Origin: an uncultured Chloroflexia bacterium
Lineage (GTDB): Bacteria > Chloroflexota > Limnocylindria > Limnocylindrales > CSP1-4
Length of the DNA: 64,000 bases
Reading direction: 5' to 3'
Assembly (NCBI GenBank): GCA_963707215.1
Contig: CAVPPB010000001.1
Coordinates: 672,001-736,000, forward strand
In this document: piece after piece, positions 32,109 through 42,755 of the stretch
How positions within the stretch are numbered: the stretch's first letter is position 1
Layout of the letters: each line of letters starts with the position of its first letter
Notes under the pieces: model-generated
Database searches by the model: none
What the model was told of the DNA's origin: nothing
Seen by the model: the letters and a program-made list of their open reading frames with translations, nothing else
Made by a program: the position numbers and the translations under genes

Positions 32109-32915
32109 GTGACCATCTCCGCCGGGCTCATCGGGTACGGGGCGGTCGGCAGCTCGGTCGCCAGGATGATCGGCGACGGTCTGGCCGGCCCGGCATCGCT
32201 CATCGCGGTCCTGGTCCGCCAGCCCGACCGATATGCGGACGATGCCGGCCGCCTCGGGATCCCCTTCACCGCCCGGACGCAGGACGTCATCGATCTCGCC
32301 CCTGACGTGGTGCTCGAGTCCGGGGGGCACTCCGCCTTCCGGCAGCACGTCCCGACGCTGCTGGCCGCCGGGATCGACGTCATCTCGATCAGCGTGGGCG
32401 CCCTGGCCGATCCCACCCTGCTGGCCGAGACGCAGGCGGCTGCCGAGCGTGGCGGCGGCCGGTTGCGGATCCCATCAGGCGCCATCGCGGCGCTCGACGC
32501 CATCTCGGCAGCCGCCGTCGGCCGCATCGACCGGGTCGTCCACACCGTCCGCAAGCCGCCCCCCACCCTGCTCGACGGCGAGGAGGGCCAGGCGGTCCTC
32601 CGCTCCGGGGTCGAGCGCGTCCTCTACGACGGGCCGGCGCGTGAGGCCACCCAGCTGTTCCCGGCCAACGTCAACGTCATCGCCGCGGTCAGCCTGGCCG
32701 GGATCGGCCTCGACCGCACCGAGGCGCGGGTCATCGCCGATCCGGCGGTGGTCCACAACACCCACGACGTAGAGGTCGAGGGTGACTTCGGACGACTGCG
32801 CTTCCGGATCGAGAACGTACCCTCGGTCGAGAACCCGAAGACCGGCCGGATCGTGCCCCTGAGCCTGGTCCGATCGCTTCGGGCCCTGAGCGAGCCGATC
32901 GTCGTCGGAGGCTGA
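32109..32915 (+). CDS. nadX: L-aspartate dehydrogenase family protein
   Basis: GYGAVG, SVGALAD, PSGAI, RKPP, FPANVNV, NTH, ENPKT. Confidence 0.88.
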   Translation: MTISAGLIGYGAVGSSVARMIGDGLAGPASLIAVLVRQPDRYADDAGRLGIPFTARTQDVIDLAPDVVLESGGHSAFRQHVPTLLAAGIDVISISVGALADPTLLAETQAAAERGGGRLRIPSGAIAALDAISAAAVGRIDRVVHTVRKPPPTLLDGEEGQAVLRSGVERVLYDGPAREATQLFPANVNVIAAVSLAGIGLDRTEARVIADPAVVHNTHDVEVEGDFGRLRFRIENVPSVENPKTGRIVPLSLVRSLRALSEPIVVGG

Positions 32916-32966
32916 CCGGGCCCGATGCCGGGCTCGCGGCCTCGGACGCGAGCCGACGGCGATCCG

Positions 32967-34010
32967 TCAGCCGAGCCCGGATCCCGCATCCCCCGTCGCC
33001 AGGTTGACGACATCCTTCAGCAGGGCGAGCGCCGCGCCGCGCGGGCTCGATCGGCCGCCGCTGACCACGATCCGGCCCGCCTGGCCGCAGTCGAACTCGA
33101 CGGCCTTCTCGGCGCCGGGCAGATGGTGGAGGGCATCGCCCTCTGCGACGGCCTCGAGGCCGACGGTCATGGTGCCGACGTCGATGCTGGCGGTCGCGAC
33201 CTGGCGCAGGGCACGGCCCCCCCGGGCCGCCTGCCGGGCAAGCGTTGCGGTCTCGGCGGTGATGGGTCCGGTCTCGACGTCCGCGATGGTGGCGGCCCGT
33301 CCCCAGGTCAGGTTGGCAAGGATGACGAGCTTGGACGCCGCGTCCGAGCCGTCGAGATCCCCGGACGGCTCCGGCTCGGCGATCCCGGCCGCGACGGCGT
33401 CGGCGAGGACCGCGTCGAGCGACTCGCCGATGGCCAGCTCGTTAAGGACATGGTTGCTCGTCCCGTTGAGCGAGGCCCGGATGGCGACGCAGCCGAGGGC
33501 CCGGATGCCCCGCCTGCCAAGGTCTCCGGCCGGCAGCGCCGCCCCGGTGGCCCCCGACACGCGGATCGCCCGGCCGGCCGTGTGGGCCGCCTTGTCGAGC
33601 TCGGCCCATCGGGTGACCAGGTGGGACTTGGTCGCGGTCACGACATGGGCTCCCGCGTCGAGAGCGGCAAGGACCTGATCGAAGGCAGCTGTCGATCCGG
33701 GCTGGTCGCCGGGGACGGCCTGGACGACGATGCCGGGCCGAGCGTCGGCCAGGAGGGCGGCAAGGTCGACGGCGGGCCTCCAGTCGGGCTCAGGGCCGGA
33801 TGCCGGCTCGCGGTCCGGACGTTCAGCCAGGTGGGCAGCCCCCGATCTCGGGGAACCCGGGCGCGCCTGGGTCCGCGAGCGACGGATGGCGACGATCCGG
33901 GGCTCGATGCCGTACCGGCGGCGCAGCTCAGGCCCCGCCCCGGCCACCACGTCGCCGAAGGCACGGCCGACGCCACCCCAGCCGAGGAGCACGATCGGCA
34001 CGTCCTGCAT
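32967..34010 (-). CDS. Homoserine dehydrogenase family protein, no ACT domain
   Basis: GWGGVG, VVTATK, LNGTSN, GIAEPEP..DLDGSDAASKLVILAN. Confidence 0.85.
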   Translation of the reverse strand: MQDVPIVLLGWGGVGRAFGDVVAGAGPELRRRYGIEPRIVAIRRSRTQARPGSPRSGAAHLAERPDREPASGPEPDWRPAVDLAALLADARPGIVVQAVPGDQPGSTAAFDQVLAALDAGAHVVTATKSHLVTRWAELDKAAHTAGRAIRVSGATGAALPAGDLGRRGIRALGCVAIRASLNGTSNHVLNELAIGESLDAVLADAVAAGIAEPEPSGDLDGSDAASKLVILANLTWGRAATIADVETGPITAETATLARQAARGGRALRQVATASIDVGTMTVGLEAVAEGDALHHLPGAEKAVEFDCGQAGRIVVSGGRSSPRGAALALLKDVVNLATGDAGSGLG

Positions 34011-34084
34011 GGCCCGACGATACCGCGGAGAACGGGAGGGTGCGGACGGACCGCCACCGGCGTGGCAAAGATCCCGAGATCCGC

Positions 34085-34114
34085 TTGACATGTGACTGTT
34101 CAGTCACCTATTGT
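34085..34114 (+). promoter_or_regulatory. Sigma70 promoter with overlapping palindromic operator
   Basis: TTGACA (34085), GTGACTG-TT-CAGTCAC (34092-34107), TATTGT (34109), ATG at 34121. Confidence 0.75.
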
Positions 34115-34120
34115 CGGGCC

Positions 34121-34882
34121 ATGGACGGGTCGGCGCCGGTCTTCAAGGCCCTGGGGGATCCCAGCCGGCGGCTCCTGCTCGACCGGCTCTTCGAGCGCGA
34201 TGGCCAGACGCTCGGCGAGCTTTGCGAGCACCTGCCGGGAATGACCCGCTTCGGCGTCATGCGCCATCTCGGGGTCCTGGCGGCAGCGGACCTGGTGACG
34301 ACGCAGCGGGTGGGTCGCGAGAAGCGGCACTACCTCAACCCGGTCCCGATCCGCCTGGTCCACGACCGCTGGATCAGCAAGTACGCCGAGCCGGTCGTCG
34401 GGTCGATGGCCGCGCTCAAGCAGCACCTGGAGGAGCCAACGATGGACCGCCCGGAGCATGTCTACAGCATCTACGTCAAGGCACCCCCGGAACGGATCTG
34501 GCGGGCCATCGTCGACGGCGACGAGACCGTTCGCTACTACTACGGGACCAGGGTGGCCTCGGACTGGACGGTCGGCGCCCCGGTCGTCTACACCTACCCC
34601 GATGGGTCGGTGGCGGCCGACGGCGAGGTCCTGGCGATCGAGCCCGGGACGAGCGTGACGTTGACCTTCCACGCCCACTGGGACCCCGACATCGAGGCCG
34701 AGGGTCCGGTCACGATGTCCTGGGCGGTGGCCGCGGAGGGCGACCTGACCCGATTGACCGTGACGACGGCGGACCTGCGCCCCGGCTCGCGGATGGACGA
34801 GGAGTTCCGGGGCGGCATCGCCTACATCATCTCGGGGCTCAAGACCTTCGTCGAGACGGGCGCACCGCTGGCTGCCGGGTAG
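34121..34882 (+). CDS. ArsR regulator fused to SRPBCC/AHSA1 domain
   Basis: FKALGDPSRR..MTRFGVMRHL..GREKRHYLN continues in frame into IYVKAPPERIWRAI..SGLKTFVETG. Confidence 0.88.
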   Translation: MDGSAPVFKALGDPSRRLLLDRLFERDGQTLGELCEHLPGMTRFGVMRHLGVLAAADLVTTQRVGREKRHYLNPVPIRLVHDRWISKYAEPVVGSMAALKQHLEEPTMDRPEHVYSIYVKAPPERIWRAIVDGDETVRYYYGTRVASDWTVGAPVVYTYPDGSVAADGEVLAIEPGTSVTLTFHAHWDPDIEAEGPVTMSWAVAAEGDLTRLTVTTADLRPGSRMDEEFRGGIAYIISGLKTFVETGAPLAAG

Positions 34883-35020
34883 GGCCGGCGCAGCGACGGC
34901 ACCGGTCCCGGTCGGGACCGGAGAGCCGGGCACTCGACCCGATGCGAGTATGCCCAGGGTCGACTGACGGGCGCGGGCAGATCCGCGTCCGTCATGCTCG
35001 CCGGGGCATGAGACGCAGCC

Positions 35021-37479
35021 TCAGGAGCGGACCCGCTCCCCCTTCGGGTCGTAGAGCGGCCGCAGCGACGGCGTCGCGGCGAAGCGCTCGTTGGCGATCT
35101 CCAGCTCGTACGAGCCGCCAAGGATCCACTCCGGGGTCGCCGCACCCGGCGCGCGCTGCATCGACGTAGCCGAGGGCGATCGCCCGACCGAGCGTGTGCC
35201 CGTACCAGCCCGAGCTCGTCTTGCCGACGAGCACGCCGTCGCGCCAGATCGGCTCGTTGCCGTAGACGAGCGGGCCGGGGTCGTCGAGCGAGAAGACGAC
35301 GAGTCGACGCCGCAGCCCGGCGTCGCGGAGCCGCAGCAGCGCATCGCGGCCGATGAAGCCGCCCGGCTTGTCCCAGGCCACCGCGAAGCCGAGGCCGCTC
35401 TCGAGGGGCGTGTCCTCGTCGGCGATGTCGTAGCCCCAGAACCGGTAGGCCTTCTCGATCCGCAGCGAGTTGAGGGCGTGGTACCCGGCATGCCGCAGGC
35501 CCAGGCCCTCCGACGCCGCGATCAGCTCGTCGTAGACGTGCTGGGCCTGGTCGGTCGGCACGTGGAGCTCCCAGCCGAGCTCGCCCATGTAGGTCACCCG
35601 GAAGGCGCGCGGCCAGGCCGAGCCCGACCTCGATCTCCTGTGTCGTCATGTACGGGAAGGCCTCGTTGGAGAAGTCGGCCGGCGAGATCCGCGTCAGCAG
35701 CTCGCGAGACCCGGGACCCTGGACGTTGAGGACCGCCCAGGCCGCCGTGACGTCGGTGGCGATGCAGCGGGCCTCGGGCGGGATGTGGCGCTCCACCCAC
35801 TCCAGGTCGCGGAACTGGTCGGCGGCCGCGCTGACGACCATGAAGCGGGTCTCGTCGAGGCGGGTGACGGTCACGTCGCCCTCGATCCCGCCGCGCTCGT
35901 TGAGCCACTGCGTGTAGACGACCCGGCCCGGCTCGACCGCGACGTCGTTGGCGGAGATGCGGTCCAGGACCGCCTCGGCGTCGGGTCCCTGGACGAGGAG
36001 CTTGCCGAAGGAGCTCTGGTCGAACACGCCGACGGCCTCGCGGACCGCCCGGTGCTCCTCGGCCGAGGCGTCGAACCAGTTCTGGCGCCCGTAGCTGTAC
36101 TCGTAGACCGGCTCCATGCCCCGCGTGGCGAACCAGTTGGCGCGTTCCCAGCCGGCCGTCTCGCCGAAGCAGGCCCCGGCGGCCGTGAGCCGGTCGTGGA
36201 GGGCGCTCTTGCGGACGCCCCGGGCCGTCTCGACCTGGCGGAACGGCCAGTGCATGTCGTAGAGCAGGCCCAGGACCTCGGTCGTCCGCTCTCGGAGGTA
36301 GCGCCGGTTCACCTGGAACGGCATGAACCGCCGGATGTCCACCTCGGAGAGGTCCATCGGCGGATGGCCATCGACGATCCAGTCGGCGACCGCCCGACCG
36401 GCCCCGCGGACCCGACTGGAAGCCGACCGAGTTGAAGCCGGCTGCCACGAAGTAGCCGGCCAGGCCCGGCGCCTCGCCCAGGATGTAGCGGTCGTCGGGG
36501 GTGAAGCTCTCCGGGCCGTTGAAGAAGAGCTTGATGCCGATGTCGTTGAGCAGCGGCAGCCGGCGAGCAGCCATCTCGATGAACGGCGCGAGGTGGTCCC
36601 AGTCCTCGGGCAGCGTCCCGAAGGCGAAGTCCTCCGGGATCCCGTCCATCCCCCACGGCTTGGCGCCGGGCTCGAAGAAGCCGACCATGATCTTGCCGGT
36701 GTCCTCGCGGATGTAGGCGGTGTCGTCGGGGCAGCGCAGGACCGGCAGGTCGGGCTGGAGGCCCTCGACCGGCTCGGTGATCAGGTAGAAGTGCTCGGCG
36801 GCGTGGAGCGGGATGCGCACGCCGTTCTTCGCGCCCAGCTCGCGGGCCCACATCCCGGCGCAGTTGACGACGACCTCGCAGCCGATGTCACCGGCCTCGG
36901 TCCGGACGCCGGTCACCCGGCCGTCCTTCGTCAGGACGTCGGTGACCTTGGTGTGCTCGAAGATCTGCCCGCCGCGCAGACGGAAGGCCTTGGCGATCGC
37001 CTCGGTGGCGTCGGTCGGGTTGGCGATCCCGTCGGCCGGCAGGTAGGCGGCCCCGACGATGTCCGACTCGTCCATCAGCGGCCACATCCGCTTGGCCTCG
37101 GCCGCGTCGATGACCTCGACGTCGAAGCCGCAGACCCTGCCCATGGAGATGCCCGCGCTGGATCTCGGTCCAGCGCTCCTCGGTCCGGGCCACCAGGATG
37201 GAGCCGGTCGGTCCGGAAGCCGGTGGAGAGGCCGGTCTCGGCCTCGACGGCCCGGAAGCACTCCTCCGCGTAGGCGGCCAGGATGGTCATGTTGTAGGTG
37301 GCCCGGAGCTTGGTCACCAGGCCGGCCGCGTGCCAGGTGGTGCCGCTGGTGAGCTGCTTGCGCTCGAGGAGCACGATGTCGGTCCAGCCTCGCTTGGCCA
37401 GGTGGTAGGCGACGCTGACGCCGACGATCCCGCCGCCGATGACGACGACGCGGGCGTGGGTGGGAAGCTGGGTGGTCAT
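35021..37479 (-). CDS. GcvT-family FAD/folate sarcosine/dimethylglycine dehydrogenase, five frameshifts
   Basis: IGGGIVG, SGTTWHAAG, NGPESFTPD, GWERANWF, GELGWEL, LRIEK, YDPKGERVR across six frame segments. Confidence 0.85.
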
Positions 37480-37653
37480 CGGGCTCCTCGCGGCAGGCTG
37501 CGGGCGCCTCGCGGGTATAGCCCGGCGGGAGGCGCTCGGTGCGCTATTCGACTCTGGGCATAGTCGCATCGCGATCGAGCCGGCCGGCGGTCCGGCTCGG
37601 CCAGCGGTCCGGCTCGGCCGGACGTGCGACCGAGCCCATCGATGGCGGTGCGG

Positions 37654-39117
37654 CTACTGCTTGACCTTGGCGATGTCGATGCTGATCTGCTTGATCTCGG
37701 TGACCTCGCTGAACATCCAGTCGGAGAGCTCGCGGCCGAGGCCGCTCTTCTTCATCCCACCGAACGGCGCCAGCTGGTCCCAGTAGTTGTTCGACTCGTT
37801 GATGAGGACCGTGCCGCACTTGATGCCCTCGCCGAGCAGGAAGGCGGTCCTGAGGTTGCTGGTGAACGCCGCCCCCTGGAGGCCGTACATCGTCTCGTTG
37901 GCGATCTCGATCGCCTCGTCGACCGAGCCGAAGGTCATGATCGGCGCGACCGGTCCGAAGGTCTCCTCGCGGGCCATCAGGAAGTCCGAGGTCACGCCGT
38001 CGACGATGGTCGGCTCGTAGTAGAGGCCATCGTTTCCGCCACCGATCAGGAACTTGCCACCGCGGGTCCGGGCGTCGTCGATGTGCGCCTGGACCTTGGC
38101 CGCGTTGGCGGCGTTGTTGAGGGGGCCCATGTCGGTCGCCTCGTCGAGCGGGTCCCCGACCTTGATCTGCTTCGTTCGGGCGAGGAGCTTCTCGACGAAC
38201 TCGTCGTGGACGGCCTCGTGGACCAGGATCCGCTCCGACGCGGTGCAGACCTGACCGGCCAGGTAGAAGCAGCCCGTGATCGTCGCCTCCACGGCGGCGT
38301 CGAGGTTGGCGTCGTCCATGACCACGAGCGGCCCGTTCCCGCCCAGCTCCAGGAGCAGCCGCTTGATGCCGGCGATCGAGGTGATGTACTCGCCGGTCTC
38401 GACCTCGCCAGTGAAGCCGATCGCGTTCGTGCCGGGGTTGCGGACCAGCTCCGCCCCGACGGTCGTACCGGGACCGGTGATGACGCTGATGCTGCCGGGC
38501 GGGAAGCCGGCCTCCTCGTAGATCTCGGCCACGGCGATCGCGCTGAACGGGGTCGTCGAGGCGGGCTTGAGGATGACCGCGTTGCCGGCTGCGAGGGCGT
38601 GACTGGCGGTGATGTTCGGGATGTCGGCCGGCCAGTTCCAGGGCGAGATGACGCCGACGACACCGACGGGCTCGTGGGTGATGAGGATCCGCTTGTCGAG
38701 CGAGTCCTCCTGGGTCGACGGGTTGACGAGCCCGCGAAGGCGCTTGAGTCCCTCGCCGGCCTCGACATAGTGCGGGTTGCAGTACGTCGAGATCTCGTCA
38801 CGGGCCTCGCGGATCGTCTTGCCGACCTCGCGGCAGAGCATCACCGCGTCATCCTCGGCTCGGCGATCGGCGATCTGCGACGCGCGCCACATCAGCTCGG
38901 CCCGTGCCTTGACCGACATCTTGGCGAGGACCTTCTGCGCCTCGTGGGCGGCGTCGATGGCGCGCTGGACGTCGGCTTCGGTGCAGCGGGGGACGGTGCC
39001 GATCAGGCTCCCGTCACCGGGTGAGTGGACCTCGAAGCGCTCGCCGCTCTCCGACTCGACCCACTGGCCGGCGATCAGGACCTTCTTCTCGACCGCCCGC
39101 TGGACTGCGACTGCCAT
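37654..39117 (-). CDS. Aldehyde dehydrogenase
   Basis: SPWNWP, LKPA, FTG, LELGGNGP, GQVCT, EETFGP, PFGGMKKSG. Confidence 0.95.
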   Translation of the reverse strand: MAVAVQRAVEKKVLIAGQWVESESGERFEVHSPGDGSLIGTVPRCTEADVQRAIDAAHEAQKVLAKMSVKARAELMWRASQIADRRAEDDAVMLCREVGKTIREARDEISTYCNPHYVEAGEGLKRLRGLVNPSTQEDSLDKRILITHEPVGVVGVISPWNWPADIPNITASHALAAGNAVILKPASTTPFSAIAVAEIYEEAGFPPGSISVITGPGTTVGAELVRNPGTNAIGFTGEVETGEYITSIAGIKRLLLELGGNGPLVVMDDANLDAAVEATITGCFYLAGQVCTASERILVHEAVHDEFVEKLLARTKQIKVGDPLDEATDMGPLNNAANAAKVQAHIDDARTRGGKFLIGGGNDGLYYEPTIVDGVTSDFLMAREETFGPVAPIMTFGSVDEAIEIANETMYGLQGAAFTSNLRTAFLLGEGIKCGTVLINESNNYWDQLAPFGGMKKSGLGRELSDWMFSEVTEIKQISIDIAKVKQ

Positions 39118-39178
39118 GTTCCACTCCTGTGGGACCCGGGGCGCCCCGCGAGAGGCGCCCCGGGAGAGGTTTCGGCGA

Positions 39179-40660
39179 CTAGGTGACGGTCGCGCCCGGA
39201 GCGGCGTCGGCGGCCGCCGGGGCCTCCGTGTAGCCGCCCTTCTTCATGGGGATGGACACGAACCGGGTGAGGATCCAGTAGACGAGGCCACCGACGATGA
39301 CCGTCGGGATGGACGCGCTGATCCACTGGAATACGACGACGTCGTTGATGATGAGGCGGTTCTCGTAGGTGATCGGGTCCAGCAGGAACCAGTAGAAGAG
39401 CATGCCGACCGCGGTCGCCACGAACCCGGCGATGTTGAAGCCGCCCCAGAAGAAGTAGCGCCCCCGCGACGAGTAGTCGTACAGGGATGGGACGTGCAGC
39501 CTCTGCTTCCGGAAGAGGTAGTAGTCGACGATCTGGATCCCGCAGATCGGCGCGAAGACGAGTCCGAGCGCGTACATGAACGACAGGATGTTGTCCATGA
39601 ACACGTCGGAGAAGAACGCGGCGATGAGCGCGACCGGGCCGAGGACGAAGAGCGCCACGATCGGCCACTTGAGTCGGAACTGGAAGGCCGGAACCTGCTT
39701 GAGGCCGATCATCGTGGCGTAGACGCCGACGATGGCGGTCCCGACGTTCGCCAGACCGATGAAGATGACCGCCACCAGGCCCATCCAGAGGCCGGTGATC
39801 TGGACGAAGGAGATCGACGGGTCCGGCTCGCCGGTCGCCAGGCCGGCGTAGAGCCCGATGAGGCCGATGACGCCGGTGGCCAGGCCCAGGCAGATCATCG
39901 ACGGCAGGAGCGCCATGCTGACGCTCTTGCTCATCCGCATGATCCCGCCCATGTACGGCCACCACGACAGGACCGTGGCGACGAGGATCTCGAAGCCCAG
40001 GACGTAGTCGAGGTGGAGGTTGCCGGTGGCGTAGGCGGGCTCCCCGGCCGCGATGGTGTCCACGCCGGTCTGGGCGATGAGCTGGAACAGCACCACGCCG
40101 CCCGCGATCGCGACGGCCACGGCGATCCAGACCGAGTTGTTGCGGATCGAGTCCGCACCGCCGATGACCATGATGTAGGCGATGACGATCGTCGCAAGCG
40201 AGACGGCGATCGAGACGATCGACCACTGGTCCGCCGTGATGATCCCGCCCGCCTCGAGGACGCTGGCGGTCGCCCGGCCGAAGAGGATGATCAGGATGCA
40301 GTTCCAGCCGATGATCGAGGCGTACTGGACGAAGATCGCGAAGGCGGATCCCCGTGACCCGTACATCGGCTTGCTGGAGGCGATGGTGTCGATGCCGTAC
40401 TTGATGCTCACCGGCATCGCCGCGAGGGTCACGAAGTACATGCCCACGAGCGCCCCGGAGACCATCGCGATCGTCCCCAGGGCTGCGGTCAGGTACCAGG
40501 AGACGGCGCCACCGATCGAGTAGCTCCACGCGGCGATGCCGGCGGAGAGGGTCACGCCGAAGAGGCCGATGAGGCCCCAGTTCCGCTCCTTGGGGACGAC
40601 GGGCCAGCTGCCCTCGACGGCCGAGTGGATGGCCGTCATCTCGGTCTGACTAGCCGCCAT
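39179..40660 (-). CDS. NCS1-family (cytosine/purine/allantoin) permease
   Basis: 12 TM helices, KYGID..YGSRG, IGW, PICGIQIVDYY. Confidence 0.85.
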   Translation of the reverse strand: MAASQTEMTAIHSAVEGSWPVVPKERNWGLIGLFGVTLSAGIAAWSYSIGGAVSWYLTAALGTIAMVSGALVGMYFVTLAAMPVSIKYGIDTIASSKPMYGSRGSAFAIFVQYASIIGWNCILIILFGRATASVLEAGGIITADQWSIVSIAVSLATIVIAYIMVIGGADSIRNNSVWIAVAVAIAGGVVLFQLIAQTGVDTIAAGEPAYATGNLHLDYVLGFEILVATVLSWWPYMGGIMRMSKSVSMALLPSMICLGLATGVIGLIGLYAGLATGEPDPSISFVQITGLWMGLVAVIFIGLANVGTAIVGVYATMIGLKQVPAFQFRLKWPIVALFVLGPVALIAAFFSDVFMDNILSFMYALGLVFAPICGIQIVDYYLFRKQRLHVPSLYDYSSRGRYFFWGGFNIAGFVATAVGMLFYWFLLDPITYENRLIINDVVVFQWISASIPTVIVGGLVYWILTRFVSIPMKKGGYTEAPAAADAAPGATVT

Positions 40661-40832
40661 AGAGCACCCACCCTCCGACCATCAGGATCGCGGGGATCAC
40701 CAGGCCGACGGTCACCAGCAGGAGCTGATCACCCATCGTCGGCTCCGCACCCTCGTACTCCGGGTCACTGTCGACGAGCTGGAGGCGCTCCTGCAGCAAC
40801 TGCTGGAGCTCGGCTTCGTCCTGGGTGGCCAT
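40650..40832 (-). CDS. Small single-TM protein overlapping the permease start
   Basis: 60 aa, GGGAGG RBS, acidic N-terminus plus C-terminal TM, 11-nt overlap. Confidence 0.75.
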   Translation of the reverse strand: MATQDEAELQQLLQERLQLVDSDPEYEGAEPTMGDQLLLVTVGLVIPAILMVGGWVLYGG

Positions 40833-41160
40833 CGGTCCTCCCTTCTCCTCGGGACGCAGATAGCCGGCCGCGGCGCGGATTCGGACGGCACATCCCCCCC
40901 CTCTGGGCCGTCGCTGGGGTCGACTTGGGCAAGGTCGCCGTCGGCCGGGATGGACCCGGCCACCGTACTCCAATCGATGATTGATTACCAGCCGTTCCGG
41001 AGTGCCTGGGAGGGCCGAAGGAGCGTTGCGCAGGGCTCGTCCGGATGGTCGTCGTCGGTAGGGTCCGGGCATACTCGCATGGGCGTCGAGGGCGCTCGCC
41101 GGGCCGGCCGGGACGGCCCCGCCAACAGGCTCGACAGGGATCGGGAGGACTGGGAAGCGA

Positions 41161-42177
41161 ATGGGACTCGGCTTCGGACTGCTCAGCGCTCAGCTTCGGC
41201 CGGGCGAGACCGACTGGACGCGCGCCTACGACGAGACGGTTCGGCTGGCGGTCGAGGCGGAGCGCCTCGGCTACGCCTCGGTCTGGACGACCGAGCACCA
41301 CTTCGTCGACGACGGCTACATGCCGTCGCTGCTCGTCGTCAGCGGGGCGATCGCGGCGGCCACCTCCCGGATCGACATAGCGACCGGCGTCATCCTCGCG
41401 CCGATGCACGACCCGATCCGGCTGGCCGAGGACGCAGCGACGGTCCAGCTCCTGAGCCGAGGGCGCCTGGTGCTCGGCCTGGGCCTGGGCTGGTCGGAGG
41501 TCGAGTTCGCCGGCCTCCGGGTCGACGTCCATCGACGCGGCGCGGCGATGGAGGAGATCCTGCGCATCCTCCCGGAGGCCTGGTCGGGCCAGCCGTTCCG
41601 CCACACGGGTGCGGTCTACGACCTGCCCGAGCTGGCGGTCCGACCGACCCCCGCGGACCGGATCCCGATCGTCATCGGCGGCGGCGCCGAGCGGGCCATC
41701 CGGCGGGCGGCCCGGCTCGCCGACGGCATCTTCGCCAACGTCCCCGACGACGAGTTCCTCCAGCAGGTCGCCTGGGTCCGCGACGAGTGCGAGGCCATCG
41801 GGCGCGACCCAGCCTCGTTCCGCTTCATCCAGTACTCGGTCATGCTGCCCGGCGCCTCTCGACAGGCGGCCCTGGAGCGGTACGTCGATCACGTCTGGAC
41901 GATGAGCTGGAAGTACGACGACATGGAGGAGTCGGCGACCCGGCCGGGCCCGCCGCCGGCACCGCCGCCACCCAGCCGCGAGGATCGCGATCTTCTCCGG
42001 GGTCGGTCCACGGTCGCGGGGACCGCCGAGGAGATCGTCGAGACCCTGCACGACATCCGCCAAAGGGCCGGGGTGCCGGTCGAGTTCGTGGCCCGGAGCT
42101 ACTTCCCCACCCTGCCCTACGACGACCAACTCGCCCTCATGCAGGAGCTGGCCGAGGGCGTCGCGCCGCACGTCTAG
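41161..42177 (+). CDS. LLM-class flavin-dependent oxidoreductase
   Basis: WTTEHHF, PIRLAEDAAT, SRGRLVLGLGLGW, RRAARLADG. Confidence 0.9.
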   Translation: MGLGFGLLSAQLRPGETDWTRAYDETVRLAVEAERLGYASVWTTEHHFVDDGYMPSLLVVSGAIAAATSRIDIATGVILAPMHDPIRLAEDAATVQLLSRGRLVLGLGLGWSEVEFAGLRVDVHRRGAAMEEILRILPEAWSGQPFRHTGAVYDLPELAVRPTPADRIPIVIGGGAERAIRRAARLADGIFANVPDDEFLQQVAWVRDECEAIGRDPASFRFIQYSVMLPGASRQAALERYVDHVWTMSWKYDDMEESATRPGPPPAPPPPSREDRDLLRGRSTVAGTAEEIVETLHDIRQRAGVPVEFVARSYFPTLPYDDQLALMQELAEGVAPHV

Positions 42178-42209
42178 GCGGGGCGGCTGCCTCGGCGACC
42201 CGTTCGGCT

Positions 42210-42755
42210 TCAGACCGCTGTCGGCACCCGCTGCCGGAGCTCGGCCGCGATCCCGGCGGCCCAGGCGTCGATCGTCGGCCAGTCGCGGAAGTCGCCGGCC
42301 GGCATCTCGGGCGCCGACGGAAGCACGCGGATGAAGCGCTCCATCAGCCCCTCGGGCGGCGCCGTCGGATCCCAGGCCCCGAAGAAGACACGCTCGTCGC
42401 GCGGGCCGACCAGGGCCTCGAGCTGGTCGAACTCCTTCGGCCGGGTGACCTCGAAGATGTCGCGGCCCTTCTCGTCGACGAGCTCGGTGCCAAGGGGGCC
42501 GCTGCTGAACAACCAGACCGGCCGCTCGACCAGGATCGCCCGGTGGCGCTCCACGAACCTAGTGGCCTCCTTGAGCCAGTGGAACATGTAGGACGCCCCG
42601 CCGATGACGAAGGCGTCGTAGGGGCTGACATCGCGGATGGCGTCGACCGATCGCGCCTCCGCGAGGAAGCCGGCGTCCCGCAGGTCGGCGGCGATCCGCT
42701 CGGCGATCCCGGCGGTCGCACCGTGGCGGCTGGCATAGGCGACGAGGATGCGCAT
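42210..42755 (-). CDS. Flavodoxin-domain protein (HemG-like)
   Basis: YASRHGATAGIAERI, WLFSSGP, GDFRDW. Confidence 0.85.
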   Translation of the reverse strand: MRILVAYASRHGATAGIAERIAADLRDAGFLAEARSVDAIRDVSPYDAFVIGGASYMFHWLKEATRFVERHRAILVERPVWLFSSGPLGTELVDEKGRDIFEVTRPKEFDQLEALVGPRDERVFFGAWDPTAPPEGLMERFIRVLPSAPEMPAGDFRDWPTIDAWAAGIAAELRQRVPTAV

